Of a stretch of DNA of 46,143 nt, positions 19,882 through 29,075 are shown in pieces. This DNA is from Candidatus Obscuribacteraceae bacterium. GTDB lineage: Bacteria; Cyanobacteriota; Vampirovibrionia; Obscuribacterales; Obscuribacteraceae. Numbering within the stretch: the stretch's first letter is position 1; each line of letters starts with the position of its first letter. The notes below the pieces were generated by a model. The model was not told the DNA's origin. It searched no databases and saw nothing but the letters and a program-made list of their open reading frames with translations. Both the position numbers and the translations under genes were made by a program. The stretch spans positions 1 through 46,143 of the forward strand of contig JBGASG010000018.1 in the NCBI GenBank assembly GCA_044229845.1, written 5' to 3'.

Positions 19882-20844
19882 TTACCAGCTGGTGGAAAAA
19901 AGAAACTTCTTAGCAGCGGGCACTGCGGCGTCAATGCTGGTGCCGATCTGAGAACGGATGCAAAACGCATGTTTGGCATCTTTGTCCGGCAGATAGCCGA
20001 TGATCCACGACTGGAACGTTTTGCCATGCGGGGCAGTGCCGGTTTTGATACTCAGGCAGAGTTTGTCCTCACCGTCGATGCTCTTGCCGGTTCCCTCGCG
20101 GGCCGCCATCCGCATTCCTTGCTGCAAAGGCGCCCAGGTAGATGCAGACAAGTGACAGAGGAACGGCTTGTCACTGGGATCGGGGTTTTCCGGACTACGG
20201 AAATCGGGAGCCGTCCCGCGCCGTCCTACCAGTGCCGCCAGGCGCATCAGTTGCAACGCGTTGGGTGCCAGGTCCGGCGTCAACCCCAGGGCGTACTCCT
20301 CGCCGGGGTGGACAGCTTCCTTGGGATATTTGCCCGAAGCATAACCTGCCACGGGTGCATCCAGCCCGAAGCGGCGCCCGTAAGCAAGAATGGCGTTAGG
20401 GCTCACCCGAGCGGCCATTTTGGCAAAGTAGCAATTGCACGACAGCCCGATTGCTTTTACCAGAGAAACAAACCCATGCGGGGCCAGGCAGCTGTAGGAC
20501 TTGCCGTGCACAATCATGGACCCGCGACACTCAACCGTTTCATCCAGATTTGCAGCATGCTCCTCAAGGAGCGTGGCAGCTGTGATTAGTTTCATGATCG
20601 AACCGGGCATGCCCGCCGGAACGACTGTGCCGGTCGGAAAGCCAACCTGACCGCTATTGAGGTCACACCAGAATATTTTGTCGTTGGCAGGCTTGGGAGC
20701 CTTGGGAGCCGCTTGAGCGCCCTGTTCTGCATTTCCCTGCTCAAGCGCCCCTAATCCCAGCAGGGATTTCAGGAAGCCCCGCCGTCCGACTATTTTGCGC
20801 TCTCTCCCGGTAGAATCACTGGCGCCGGGGACACGTTTACTCAT
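19882..20844 (-). CDS. Stand-alone penicillin-binding transpeptidase-domain protein, possible Tat substrate
   Basis: SxxK (GSIMK), SxN (SCN), KTG (IKTGT); GRRGFLK twin-arginine-like motif. Confidence 0.85.
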   Translation of the reverse strand: MSKRVPGASDSTGRERKIVGRRGFLKSLLGLGALEQGNAEQGAQAAPKAPKPANDKIFWCDLNSGQVGFPTGTVVPAGMPGSIMKLITAATLLEEHAANLDETVECRGSMIVHGKSYSCLAPHGFVSLVKAIGLSCNCYFAKMAARVSPNAILAYGRRFGLDAPVAGYASGKYPKEAVHPGEEYALGLTPDLAPNALQLMRLAALVGRRGTAPDFRSPENPDPSDKPFLCHLSASTWAPLQQGMRMAAREGTGKSIDGEDKLCLSIKTGTAPHGKTFQSWIIGYLPDKDAKHAFCIRSQIGTSIDAAVPAAKKFLFSTSW

Positions 20845-20964
20845 GTCTTTCTCAAGTTTTACATTGTCCTTTCGCAGGCTTCATAGATTTCTTGCGAAAG
20901 TTTCAGACAATCGGAAATATGGAATCGCATCTCCTGCGACGATGAACAAGTAGTTTAGCCGCTA

Positions 20965-21675
20965 TTGCGCGCCAGTGTCACGATGAAGCAACCGAACTCG
21001 ACACAATTGCATCGCCAGTGCTTGCCAGCCATTGCTGTACTGACCGCGTTTGTGCTGACAGCATCGGCGCAAACGAATGCTCACTGCGCCAACACTCCCT
21101 CGCTCGCCGATGAAGTAGCGGCGGTGGAGAGCACAGGCAAAAACCCGACCAGCAACGTAACTCTGCCGCAAATCGTCAAACGAACGATGGCCTTCCACTT
21201 CGGCACGCCTTCATATTGCGAACAAAGCATTGAAGAGTTCACAAAAACTCTGCATGTCGACAAACGCATCAACCGCCCGGCAGGCGTTTTCGTCACTTTG
21301 ACGAAAAACGGCAAGACGCGCGGTTGCTGGGGAAGCGTCTATCCTCAATACGACTCCGTAGCCAAAGCAACTGTTTATGCCACCATGGGCGCTCTGAGCA
21401 AAGAATATCGCTTCGCTCCGATCACCGCGCATGAGTGGCAAAAACTGCGTCCACAAGTAACAGTTATACGCCGCGTCGAGCCGATCAGCAGCATCAGCGA
21501 ACAAGATCCGCTGAGCGACGGTCTGCTTGTGCGGTCAGGCGGTAAGTCGGGAGTGCTTCTACCGGGAGAAGCCACCGACGCGTATTACCAGATGGTTCAG
21601 TGCAAACTGAAGGCTGGTATCAAATCCGGTGAATCGTGTCAGCTATACAAGTTGAAGGTTGAAATTTATGACTAA
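20965..21675 (+). CDS. AMMECR1-domain protein with signal peptide
   Basis: GVFVTL, TRGCWG, RFAPI, GVLLP motifs; hydrophobic leader LPAIAVLTAFVLTASA; start may be ATG 20983. Confidence 0.88.
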   Translation: MRASVTMKQPNSTQLHRQCLPAIAVLTAFVLTASAQTNAHCANTPSLADEVAAVESTGKNPTSNVTLPQIVKRTMAFHFGTPSYCEQSIEEFTKTLHVDKRINRPAGVFVTLTKNGKTRGCWGSVYPQYDSVAKATVYATMGALSKEYRFAPITAHEWQKLRPQVTVIRRVEPISSISEQDPLSDGLLVRSGGKSGVLLPGEATDAYYQMVQCKLKAGIKSGESCQLYKLKVEIYD

Positions 21676-24600
21676 CGGCACCGACACACCGTCTGCAAAT
21701 ACGGACGCCCCGGCTCCCCAGGCTCCACCACCGCCGGCGAAGAACTGGCTGAAGTCATGGGAGTTTGCCGTCGTCAATCTCCTGCTTCTGATTTTGTGCT
21801 TCGTCGTCTTGCAGAAGCCGACCGGTTCTATTGGCGGCAAAATCGCCATGGAACAAGAAGGGTTCGATCTCTATCACTACGACATGAAAGGCAACAGCGT
21901 CTATGTGATGGCTGTCGGCCCGCGCGGTCCCAGCTCAGACGAACGCGGCGTCTGGGTCAATTCCGACGGCTCGTTTCGCGTAGACAACCTGCCCGTCGGC
22001 GAATACTCGTTGAAAGTCCATGTGCCTGGTTTCTCCACCACCTGGGAGAACGGTGTTTTCGTTGAAGACGGCAAACTCACCAATTTAAAGGATGCAGTTC
22101 TCCTCAGTCTGTCTGATCCTACTATCAACATCGCCACCAATCGTCGCGTGTTCTCCAGTCAGGAAAAGCCGAGCTTCTGGACGACCACATCCGGCTCCAA
22201 CAAAGCCGAAGTTAAGGTCTACAGCAAAGACATGCTGTCCTTGTTGAAAAAGGCTGCCTACAAGAAGGAGAACTTCGAGCTATCCACCGAATTGAGTCTG
22301 TGGAAATCCTACGATCGAAAATCCGAAGCCAGACCATTTGCGAAGCTGAAACCGATCAAAGAGTTCTCGCGCAAAGTCAATGGCGGCGAAGATAACTACG
22401 ACCGGCAAGACTATCAATTAGACCAGCCGTTGCCCCCCGGAGATTATTTTGCGGTTGCCGAATGCAGCAACGTGCGCAAAAAGTCGGATTGGGCAATCAT
22501 CTGGTTTTCAGTCAGCGATCTGGGATTGATCGTGAAGCAAGATCCCGAAAAAACGCTGGTGCGCGCCGTCGACCTGAAGACTCTTAAGCCGGTCGCCAAC
22601 GCCCAGATCGATCTGCTGGACAGTTCTGCCAACGAATACAACAAATTTGCCGGTGCCGTCACCGGTGCTGATGGTTTCGCAAGCATCTCGCTGCCGGCAG
22701 ACCGTCGCAAAGTTGATCATCAGCAAATACTTGCCTTCGGGACCTCGGGCAAAAATCATGCCTACGGAGGCATCTCCTTTTATAACAACGTCAATGGCGA
22801 CGAGCAAACCTACTTCTACACCGACCGCCCGATATATAGGTTGGGACAAACGGTTTACTTCAAGGGCATCGTGCGCAAGAAGGAACCGCTCGGATTCACA
22901 AATCCCGGAGTGGAAGAAGTGTCGGTCAATATTGAAGACCCCGACAATAACTCCCTGTGGAATCACGATCTAAAAACCAATGTGCACGGCACATTCAACG
23001 GCGCCTTCGATATTCCGAAGGATGCAAAAACCGGCGGCTATCAAGTGACGATCAGCTATCCGGACGGCGAAACACAGTACGAACGATTTGAAGTCGGTCA
23101 ATACCGCAAGCCTGAATACCAGGTCGAAGTAACCGCCATTGAGCCGAGCGTCATTGCCGGCGGGAAAGCCAAAGCCAAGATTCGCGCCAAGTATTATTTC
23201 GGCGCGCCGGTCACCAACGCCAAGATCGACTATTCGGTGTACGAACGACCGGACTACGACCTCGCCTACCGGCTCATGTATCGCCCCGACTACTATTCCT
23301 ACTTCGATGGTTGGGACGATGAGAACAGCGACTATTACGACAGCTACTACTCCGGCGACTTCGTGACGTCGGGCTCGGCCCAGACCGATGAAAATGGCGA
23401 AGCGACGGTAGAGTTCGACACCGCCGCCACGACGATGGACCTCAATGATCCGTCCTCTTATGAGTTCGGCATCAAGAAATACAAAATCGAAGCGACGGTC
23501 ACCGACATCAGCCGCATTGCCGTAGAAAGCAGCGGGTCACTAAATGCGGTGCCAGGCGATTTCGCTCTATTTGTGGAGCCGAAGAACTATGTGGTCAAAG
23601 TTGGAGAGAACATCAACGTCAGCTTCAACGCAGTCACATATGAGAAACAGCCAGTCAAAAATCAAGAGATCAAACTGCAGCTGGTGCGCCGCAAGGTAGA
23701 CCAGGACGGACACTCCAAGGGGTACGAAGTAGCCGATGAGATCCGTGCGACCACCGACGATGAAGGTAGAGGCACCGGCACATTCAACGCCAAGGCCGAA
23801 TATGTGACTGACCAGTTTTATATCGTGGGACGCACCCGCGACAAAAACGGACACGACATCATGGCCAGCCGTAGCATCTGGTTGTACGACGCTAACGATC
23901 CGTGGGCGATCTCATACGACGAATCTTCAAAACAGCCGCTTTCGCTGAAGCTGGATAAGGGAGCTTATCTGCCTGGCGAAACAGCCAAGATCATGGTCAC
24001 TGCACCGATCTCGAAAGACGATCAGGGCGCTGAAGCCATCATCGCTATCGAAGGCGCGCGTATCTACTCATACAAAGTGATCAAACTATCGGCCGCGGCC
24101 GAAATGATCGAAATACCGATCAAGGAGGACTACGCACCAAACGTTTACGTCACTGCGACCTTCGTTGGTTCCAAGCGGCAGTTCTATCATCAGGAAAAGA
24201 TGCTCAAGGTTTCTCCTCAGAATCGTTTCCTCGATGTGCAAGTATCCACCGACAAGGCACGATATAAGCCCGGCGACAAGATCACCTATACGATTAAAGC
24301 CATCAAGAATGACGGCAAGCCGGCAGCCAACACCGAGCTTTCGATGGGTGTCGTGGACGAGAGTATTTACGCAGTCCGCGCAGATATGACGCCGGACATC
24401 AAGAAATACTTCTATTCCAAACGCGAAAATCAGGTGACCACACTCTGCTCGTTCCCGGAAGAGAACTCCGGTGGTCCCGACAAGATCGAGCCACGTGTGC
24501 GGAAGGACTTCAAGGACACAGCAGCCTGGTATCCCAATTTGATCACCGACAAAGACGGCATTGCCAGCACGACGTTTACTTTGCCGGACAACCTGACTAC

Positions 24601-26749
24601 CTGGCGTGCCACCGTTCGTGGTGTGGACGACGCGACTGACGTCGGTTGGACGATCAACAAAGTAATCTCGACACAAGACCTTTTGCTGCGCCTGGCCTTG
24701 CCGCGTTTCTTCACGCAGGGTGATGAAACGTTCCTCACGGCCGTCGTGCACAACTACACCGACAAACCGCAAACCGTCAATTTGACACTCACTCCCAGCT
24801 CGCAGTTCCAGGTAAGTCAGGGACTGGTGCAAAAGGTGGAGGTAAAACCGGATGGCGCCACGCGCTATTCATGGCCAGTGAAGGTGATGACCGCCGGTGA
24901 ATCTCTTATTCGCGTCAAGGCCGTCGGACAAACCGCCGGTGATGCGATGGAAATGAAAGTGCCGGTGCGTTCGTTGGGCATCCCGATGGTCGTCTCCAAA
25001 GGCGGGTTCACGCAAAAGGAAGAAGACACCATCACCATCCCGATACCGCAAGCGGACGCCGCACCGGGATCAGCGACCTACAAAGTGTGTTTGTCATCAT
25101 CGGCATTGAGCCCGATCATCGGCAACTATGCTGCGCTCATCGAGTATCCCTATGGATGCACAGAGCAAACCATGTCCAAGGTGATGCCTTCTGTCGTGGC
25201 AATGCGACTGCACCAGTCTCTTGGCGCACCACTGGACAAAGCGTCCATCGCTAAGTTCGGTCAGGTCTACAAGAAAGGCATGGAAAAACTGGAAGGCTAT
25301 CAGCACAGCGACGGCGGCTGGGGCTGGTGGGAAAACGATGACAGTCAGCCCTACCTGACGTCACTCGTTCTCGAAGGCTTCTATCTCTTGCGCGAAGCCG
25401 GATATCCGGTCTCAGCAGAGCGAGCGGCCAACGGCAAAAAGTGGTTGCTGGAAAACACCATCAGCATGAAGAAACAGATGGCTGATCCGAAGCTGGTGAA
25501 GACGGGCTTCTATTGGACGCTCAATGAGCGCGAAACGGACCTGGCTCGCTCCGCCTACACGCTCAGTCTTTATAAAGCCAAGTTGCCAGCCGATATCATG
25601 GCGTACGCTCTCTCGCGCCGCGCCTCATACGGACCGGTGCCGCTGGCATACTGGACCATGGCCGCCAAACAAAACGGCGACAATGCCAACGCTAAGTTGT
25701 TCTACGACCAGCTGATGCTTTTGGCCAACGACAATACAAACGGAGACTCTGGTCGCATTGTTAGCTTCGAGCTTACCGATGCGATGAGAAACAAACTCGC
25801 GAAGCGCGACTGGGCCGATTGGTACGACGAGTACCGCTACACCGGCGTTGAAACCACAGCACTGGCCTTGCGCGCCGCTGTGGCATACGACCCCGCCGAT
25901 CGCGACCGCATCGAAGCCATCAAGCGTTGGATTCTCATGCAGCGCGGCAAAGATGGATTCGGCAACACGAAGACCACATCGCAAGTCTTCATCGCCATGA
26001 TGAACGACGAGCTCGCCACCAAGAGCGCCGGCGAAGGCAGCTACAAAGTAGAAATTCTTCGCGGACAAAACCCACTCGGCGCTTTCGATCTCGGCAAACA
26101 AGCTCGCTTTGAACCAGAGCGCGTTTTGACAGCCGATATTGATCTGAATTCGACCGCCAAAGAAGTGACGATCAAGAAGACTGGTCCCGGTCGCTTGTAT
26201 TACACCGTAGTACTGAACTACTCGCGTGTCGTCAAACCCGGACAGATAGTCGCTGAAGGACAACCGAAAGGACTGAAGGTGCGACGCGAGTTCTTCCGCC
26301 TGAAGGCAACACAAGACAGTGACGGCAAGACGCACTTCCGCGCCACGCCGATCACCGACAACCGCGTGAAAGCAGGAGAAACCTTGCTGATGAAGGTATT
26401 CGTAGAATCGCCCACGCGCATTCCGTATCAAATGACCGAAGTCGCTTTGCCGAGCGGAGCGGAAGTGGTGAAAAACGATTCAGCTGAGGACAAACTGGAA
26501 CAAGAAGGCGACAGCCACGAAATCGACACATCGAGCTTCTGGTACTCGTGGTGGACTCACCAGGATGTACTTGACGACCGCATCAGCTTCTTTGTCACCA
26601 GTATGTCTTCGGGCAAGTACGAATTCCACACCATGGTGCGCCTGGAATTGCCTGGCAAGTACCAGCTTAATCCGGTTATGCTGGAAGGCATGTACACTCA
26701 AGGCATTCGGGGATATTCAAATCCCGACACGATTACGGTGACAGAATAA
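21668..26749 (+). CDS. Bacterial alpha-2-macroglobulin with intact thioester motif
   Basis: YTDRPIYRLGQ, YRKPEY, VVDE, RKDFKDTAAW, LPDNLTTWR, YPYGCTEQ, QHSDGGWGWW; N-terminal TM anchor plus carboxypeptidase-regulatory-like domain. Confidence 0.95.
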   Translation: MTNGTDTPSANTDAPAPQAPPPPAKNWLKSWEFAVVNLLLLILCFVVLQKPTGSIGGKIAMEQEGFDLYHYDMKGNSVYVMAVGPRGPSSDERGVWVNSDGSFRVDNLPVGEYSLKVHVPGFSTTWENGVFVEDGKLTNLKDAVLLSLSDPTINIATNRRVFSSQEKPSFWTTTSGSNKAEVKVYSKDMLSLLKKAAYKKENFELSTELSLWKSYDRKSEARPFAKLKPIKEFSRKVNGGEDNYDRQDYQLDQPLPPGDYFAVAECSNVRKKSDWAIIWFSVSDLGLIVKQDPEKTLVRAVDLKTLKPVANAQIDLLDSSANEYNKFAGAVTGADGFASISLPADRRKVDHQQILAFGTSGKNHAYGGISFYNNVNGDEQTYFYTDRPIYRLGQTVYFKGIVRKKEPLGFTNPGVEEVSVNIEDPDNNSLWNHDLKTNVHGTFNGAFDIPKDAKTGGYQVTISYPDGETQYERFEVGQYRKPEYQVEVTAIEPSVIAGGKAKAKIRAKYYFGAPVTNAKIDYSVYERPDYDLAYRLMYRPDYYSYFDGWDDENSDYYDSYYSGDFVTSGSAQTDENGEATVEFDTAATTMDLNDPSSYEFGIKKYKIEATVTDISRIAVESSGSLNAVPGDFALFVEPKNYVVKVGENINVSFNAVTYEKQPVKNQEIKLQLVRRKVDQDGHSKGYEVADEIRATTDDEGRGTGTFNAKAEYVTDQFYIVGRTRDKNGHDIMASRSIWLYDANDPWAISYDESSKQPLSLKLDKGAYLPGETAKIMVTAPISKDDQGAEAIIAIEGARIYSYKVIKLSAAAEMIEIPIKEDYAPNVYVTATFVGSKRQFYHQEKMLKVSPQNRFLDVQVSTDKARYKPGDKITYTIKAIKNDGKPAANTELSMGVVDESIYAVRADMTPDIKKYFYSKRENQVTTLCSFPEENSGGPDKIEPRVRKDFKDTAAWYPNLITDKDGIASTTFTLPDNLTTWRATVRGVDDATDVGWTINKVISTQDLLLRLALPRFFTQGDETFLTAVVHNYTDKPQTVNLTLTPSSQFQVSQGLVQKVEVKPDGATRYSWPVKVMTAGESLIRVKAVGQTAGDAMEMKVPVRSLGIPMVVSKGGFTQKEEDTITIPIPQADAAPGSATYKVCLSSSALSPIIGNYAALIEYPYGCTEQTMSKVMPSVVAMRLHQSLGAPLDKASIAKFGQVYKKGMEKLEGYQHSDGGWGWWENDDSQPYLTSLVLEGFYLLREAGYPVSAERAANGKKWLLENTISMKKQMADPKLVKTGFYWTLNERETDLARSAYTLSLYKAKLPADIMAYALSRRASYGPVPLAYWTMAAKQNGDNANAKLFYDQLMLLANDNTNGDSGRIVSFELTDAMRNKLAKRDWADWYDEYRYTGVETTALALRAAVAYDPADRDRIEAIKRWILMQRGKDGFGNTKTTSQVFIAMMNDELATKSAGEGSYKVEILRGQNPLGAFDLGKQARFEPERVLTADIDLNSTAKEVTIKKTGPGRLYYTVVLNYSRVVKPGQIVAEGQPKGLKVRREFFRLKATQDSDGKTHFRATPITDNRVKAGETLLMKVFVESPTRIPYQMTEVALPSGAEVVKNDSAEDKLEQEGDSHEIDTSSFWYSWWTHQDVLDDRISFFVTSMSSGKYEFHTMVRLELPGKYQLNPVMLEGMYTQGIRGYSNPDTITVTE

Positions 26750-27429
26750 TGCAGCCACGCAAGACTCTGTTCAGACGATATTTGGGTTCATTAGTGTGGA
26801 TCCTGCCGCTGACGCTGGGCGCGCTCTGCTGGATGACCTACCCGTTTGCCGATGCGATTTCGGTCAAACACTTGTCCATGTCTGGCTTGAGCGCGCAGCA
26901 AAAAGCCAACATCGAGCTGGCGGCCCAGACCATAAACGGGCACGTGTTGCAGCCGGGTGAGACATTCTCGTTCAACGCCATTGTCGGACCGAGGGAAGCC
27001 GGTCGCGGCTACAAGCCCGCTCCATCTTATCTAGGTCCGGACAGCCCCAGCACTATGGGCGGTGGCATCTGCCTGTTATCATCGACGCTCTATCAGGCAG
27101 CTCTGGAAGCCGGCTGTGATGTTACCGAGCGGGTACCGCATCTGCGCACTGTGCACTCTGTGCCGCCAGGGCTGGATGCAGCAGTCTGGTATGGTCAAGC
27201 TGATTTGAAATTCAAGAACACATTGAAAGTTCCAATTCAGATTTGTACCGACTGGTCAGGAAACAAACTCTCAGTGAAGGTGCTCGGCAAGGAAGAAAAC
27301 TCCGAGTCGATCGAGTTACGCCGCCGCATCACGAAGGAATCGCCCGATTCGATCGTGGTCGAGCTGTACCGACTGCGAGATGCAGCTGAAACATTGGTCT
27401 CTCGAGACGTATATCGCACCACACAATGA
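26749..27429 (+). CDS. VanW family protein
   Basis: NIELAA, PGETFSFN..VGPR...GY, GGGICLLSSTLY, ERVPH, PGLDAAV, DLKFKN. Confidence 0.92.
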   Translation: MQPRKTLFRRYLGSLVWILPLTLGALCWMTYPFADAISVKHLSMSGLSAQQKANIELAAQTINGHVLQPGETFSFNAIVGPREAGRGYKPAPSYLGPDSPSTMGGGICLLSSTLYQAALEAGCDVTERVPHLRTVHSVPPGLDAAVWYGQADLKFKNTLKVPIQICTDWSGNKLSVKVLGKEENSESIELRRRITKESPDSIVVELYRLRDAAETLVSRDVYRTTQ

Positions 27430-28454
27430 CGCTCACGATTGATGGCTCGTTCGGTGAAGGTGGCGGACAGATCATTCGCACCTCTCTGGCGTTGTCGGTA
27501 GTCACCGGCACGCCTTTTCAGGTGCACAAGATTCGCGCCGGACGAGAAAAACCTGGCTTGCGCAATCAACATCTGACGGCAGTTATGGCGGCGGCACAGA
27601 TCAGCGACGCCGAAGTAGACGGAGCATTCGTTGGATCGACAGAGCTTCACTTTCGTCCCGGTAAATTGCGCGGCGGCAAATACAACTTCGCTATCGGTAC
27701 CGCCGGCAGCACCACTCTTGTGTTGCAAACTGTCTTGCCAGCATTGATGCTTGCAGATGAACCCAGCGAGCTGTCCTTCGAGGGCGGAACGCACAATCCC
27801 AAGGCTCCGCCGTTCGACTTCGTGCACAAAGCCTTTCTGCCGCAGATCAATTTCATCGGACCAAAGGTCACCACGCAGTTTCTTCGCTACGGGTTCTACC
27901 CACCCGGTGGTGGCAAGTGGACTTGCACAATCGAACCAGCCCGGCAGTTTCGTCCGCTCACTCTGCTGAGCCGCAGCAAACCACACCCCGCCGCCCGGGC
28001 ACTGGTAGTCAAACTGCCGACATCAATAGGTGATCGCGAACTGGCAATTTTGAAAAGCCGCTGCAAGGACATTCGCAAGTTCAAAGTAGAAGAATCGGAC
28101 CAAGGCGCCAGCCCCGGCAACGTCCTAATTGTAGATGTGCCGTCGCAGGAACTGACAGAGGTGATCAGCGGCATCGGAGAACGTGGATTGCGCGCCGAGA
28201 CGCTTGCAGAGCAGGTCGCAACCGAGTTCAACGCCTACATGAAAGCCGATGTGCCGGTCGGCGAACACCTCGCCGATCAGTTGTTGTTACCGCTGGCACT
28301 GGCTGCCGGCGGCAGTTACAAGACCGTGGCACCTTCATTACACACAACCACCAATATAGAGATCATCAAAAAGTTTCTTCAGATCACTATAGATCTGGAA
28401 CAAGAAAATGAGCGCCAGTGGCGCATTTCCATAGAAAGCGGTTTACCCCACTGA
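27426..28454 (+). CDS. rtcA: RNA 3'-terminal phosphate cyclase
   Basis: IDGSFGEGGGQIIR, IRAGR..PGL..QH, GTAGS, GGTH, YGFYPPGGG, catalytic HLADQ. Confidence 0.95.
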   Translation: MTLTIDGSFGEGGGQIIRTSLALSVVTGTPFQVHKIRAGREKPGLRNQHLTAVMAAAQISDAEVDGAFVGSTELHFRPGKLRGGKYNFAIGTAGSTTLVLQTVLPALMLADEPSELSFEGGTHNPKAPPFDFVHKAFLPQINFIGPKVTTQFLRYGFYPPGGGKWTCTIEPARQFRPLTLLSRSKPHPAARALVVKLPTSIGDRELAILKSRCKDIRKFKVEESDQGASPGNVLIVDVPSQELTEVISGIGERGLRAETLAEQVATEFNAYMKADVPVGEHLADQLLLPLALAAGGSYKTVAPSLHTTTNIEIIKKFLQITIDLEQENERQWRISIESGLPH

Positions 28455-28458
28455 GAGC

Positions 28459-28486
28459 GGCGAGCGTGGGAATTCCCCCGCTTGTC
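28459..28486 (+). terminator. Hairpin immediately after rtcA
   Basis: GGCGAGCG-T-GGGAATTCCC-C-CGCTTGTC inverted repeat; no clear U-tract. Confidence 0.4.
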
Positions 28487-28769
28487 AATTGAACAGACCT
28501 GCCCATAATTGAATTCTGTTTAATCGAACGCGGTGCTTTGGGAAGGCACCGTATTCAGTATTGCGTAAGCCGCGAGGTAATGATATGCGCAATCGTTTCT
28601 TCGGCATTGCACAAATGCCGCTGGCGTCGAACCTGATCGCACGCTGTACAAGCGTGCTGTCCGCGGGAATACGACGCCTCATGAGAGGAAATAATTTGCA
28701 CGATGGCATGCCGCAGGCGTGCGCAATACCAAATCGATTTTGGTATCGCGTTCAGGCGAGGTCGGCATC

Positions 28770-28985
28770 ATGCGTTGCCCTTATTTTGAAACTATAAAGA
28801 CGAAAAGTATTTCGGAGGATGAGTCTAAAGCGCTCGTCAATTCCTCCGACGGTAGCACATGTGTGCGCATGCGGAACCGCTCAGATGGCACAGCCAGCAC
28901 CGACAGCTGTGCGTATCGTCAGCGCCGCCTGCGCAACATGGTGCGCCGATTGCCACCACTTCCTCACGAGGAGGTGGGACCATGA
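28770..28985 (+). CDS. Small Cys-containing protein (array member 1)
   Basis: MRCPYF...STCVRMRNRSDGTASTDSC; GAGG RBS; ATGA-coupled to the next ORF. Confidence 0.55.
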   Translation: MRCPYFETIKTKSISEDESKALVNSSDGSTCVRMRNRSDGTASTDSCAYRQRRLRNMVRRLPPLPHEEVGP

Positions 28986-29075
28986 CATACCGATTGGTGA
29001 AGTCCATAGATATGACGGAGGTCGACGCAAAGGCACAGCGGGAACCCTCCGGCGGTAGCACATGCGTGCGCATGC
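28843..29075 (+). repeat. 30-bp direct repeat (28843-28872 and 29046-29075, 28/30 identical)
   Basis: cctccgacggtagcacatgtgtgcgcatgc vs cctccggcggtagcacatgcgtgcgcatgc; both encode S[DG]GSTCVRM. Confidence 0.9.

Noticed and set aside
26749..27429. Vancomycin-resistance cluster
   Set aside because: VanW domains are widespread; no vanA/B/H/X/R/S genes are present
28843..29075. 30-bp direct repeats as CRISPR repeats, att sites or DGR template/variable repeats
   Set aside because: Only two copies 203 bp apart, both in frame in paralogous ORFs; no integrase, cas or reverse transcriptase gene in the window
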